Positions 63,111 through 64,000 of a DNA stretch of 64,000 bases are shown here, one piece after another. The notes below the pieces were generated by a model. The model was not told the DNA's origin. It ran no database searches and saw nothing but the letters and a program-made list of their open reading frames with translations. The translations under genes were made by a program, and so were the position numbers. Each line of letters opens with the position of its first letter. Position 1 is the stretch's first letter. Source of the stretch: Anthoceros angustus (Eukaryota; Plantae; Anthocerotophyta); assembly GCA_010909165.1 (NCBI GenBank), contig MU008170.1:992001-1056000 (forward strand). The letters are read 5' to 3'.

Positions 63111-64000
63111 ATCCATTCTCATCCTTCTTTTGAAGCCATCGCGGTGCGTCTGCGAGTTAGATCGTCGAATCAGCCCTAGCTTGAGAAGCTCTTGGCATCG
63201 ATTCTCAACCAAATCCCACTCGGCCTTGAGCCACATGCCTCTGCGGAACCTTTGGTTCATCCGTGGTCATTCTATGTGGAACTTCCCTTTGGTGTACTTC
63301 CCCATCTCTCATAGCGTGAAAGCAAACACATGTCGCGATGCCTCCAACAACTCCTTTAGGCGGCGTTGATTGCTCTTCAACTCGGGCCTGTTAACCACTC
63401 ATGTGGGCTGGCTCGAGATGCACGCTTCCTCGTGCTCGCTCTCCTTGCCCTCAAACTCGCCTTCTCCTGTTGAGATGCGAGTGCGAATATCCTTCACCCG
63501 AACCCGGACCCGCCCCTTCTTGGTTTGAAGTTGGTAAGCGACTCCAGCTAAACAACGGTCATCATGTTCACGTCAAATGCTTGCCCAAGCAATCGACACC
63601 GTTCCTTCTCGGTCACTCCGGTGTCTTCGTGGCTCGGCATCAAATCCATGGCCAACTCCCTCTCTGTGGTATTGGCTCTCCCAAACCTCGCCATGTCATC
63701 CACCACAACGCCGGGGCCATGGTTCTGAAGGCGTAAGACTTGGACTTAGACACAAAGGTTGGCCAAGCCGCCATGGGGTGTCCAGGCGTGTTCACAGGAA
63801 GTCGGCGGCTTGTCGATCTTGATGACTTGTTGGGCATGCCTTCCGATGCTAGCACATCCTTGACAACATGATTAGGTCGCTTGGTGAGCGACCTCGCACA
63901 CTTCAAATGTTCCAAGGAGCAAGGTTAGTCCACATGGACCTCAACCTATGAGCCCTCGAACCAAATTGAGTGCATCCAATAGAAGCTCGACCCAACACTC

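Larger units (their letters stand above)
60497..64000 (-). mobile_element. Degenerate Ty3/Gypsy LTR retrotransposon internal region with PHD finger, running off the window end
   Basis: Order on minus strand: protease-like region, RT, RNase H, integrase, PHD; PPT-like GTGGGGGA at ~60499-60506 followed by TG at 60497. Confidence 0.9.

Noticed and set aside
1-64000. Treating all frameshifts as true pseudogenisation, or dating copies by divergence
   Set aside because: Indels cluster in homopolymers and differ between adjacent copies, consistent with long-read consensus error

Overview
Eukaryotic (land-plant) repeat-rich DNA with no intact host gene. The PLS-class PPR fragments and PHD-bearing Ty3/Gypsy suggest a seed-free plant, most likely a fern (inference only). 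Layout: (1) A ~4.6-kb tandem mosaic unit ('unit A': T-rich ~60-bp satellite + Gypsy integrase-tail/PHD fragment + Copia RNase H fragment) occupies 1-2365 and 38635-~55530. (2) A single ~36.3-kb CACTA (En/Spm) transposon is inserted into one unit-A copy at 2366-~38634. It has a CACTACAAGAAAA left TIR, a degenerate right TIR, a probable CTA target duplication and empty sites visible in sister copies. It contains large subterminal arrays, a TnpA/PttA-like gene (minus), a captured COP1 WD40 exon, a TnpD transposase gene (plus) and a ~4x tandem ~4.5-kb cargo unit ('unit B') with PPR gene pieces. (3) Unidentified coding-like DNA lies at 55.5-59.8 kb, and a degenerate PHD-finger Ty3/Gypsy lies at 60.5-64 kb (minus). 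The most striking observation is a SET (lysine methyltransferase-like) domain exon inside the CACTA transposase gene, joined in phase to the transposase-associated N-terminal exon. Caveat: 1-3 nt indels pervade all coding remnants and differ between tandem copies, as expected of an unpolished long-read consensus. Pseudogene status and tandem copy numbers therefore cannot be decided from this sequence alone. Most internal coordinates are approximate (tens of bp).
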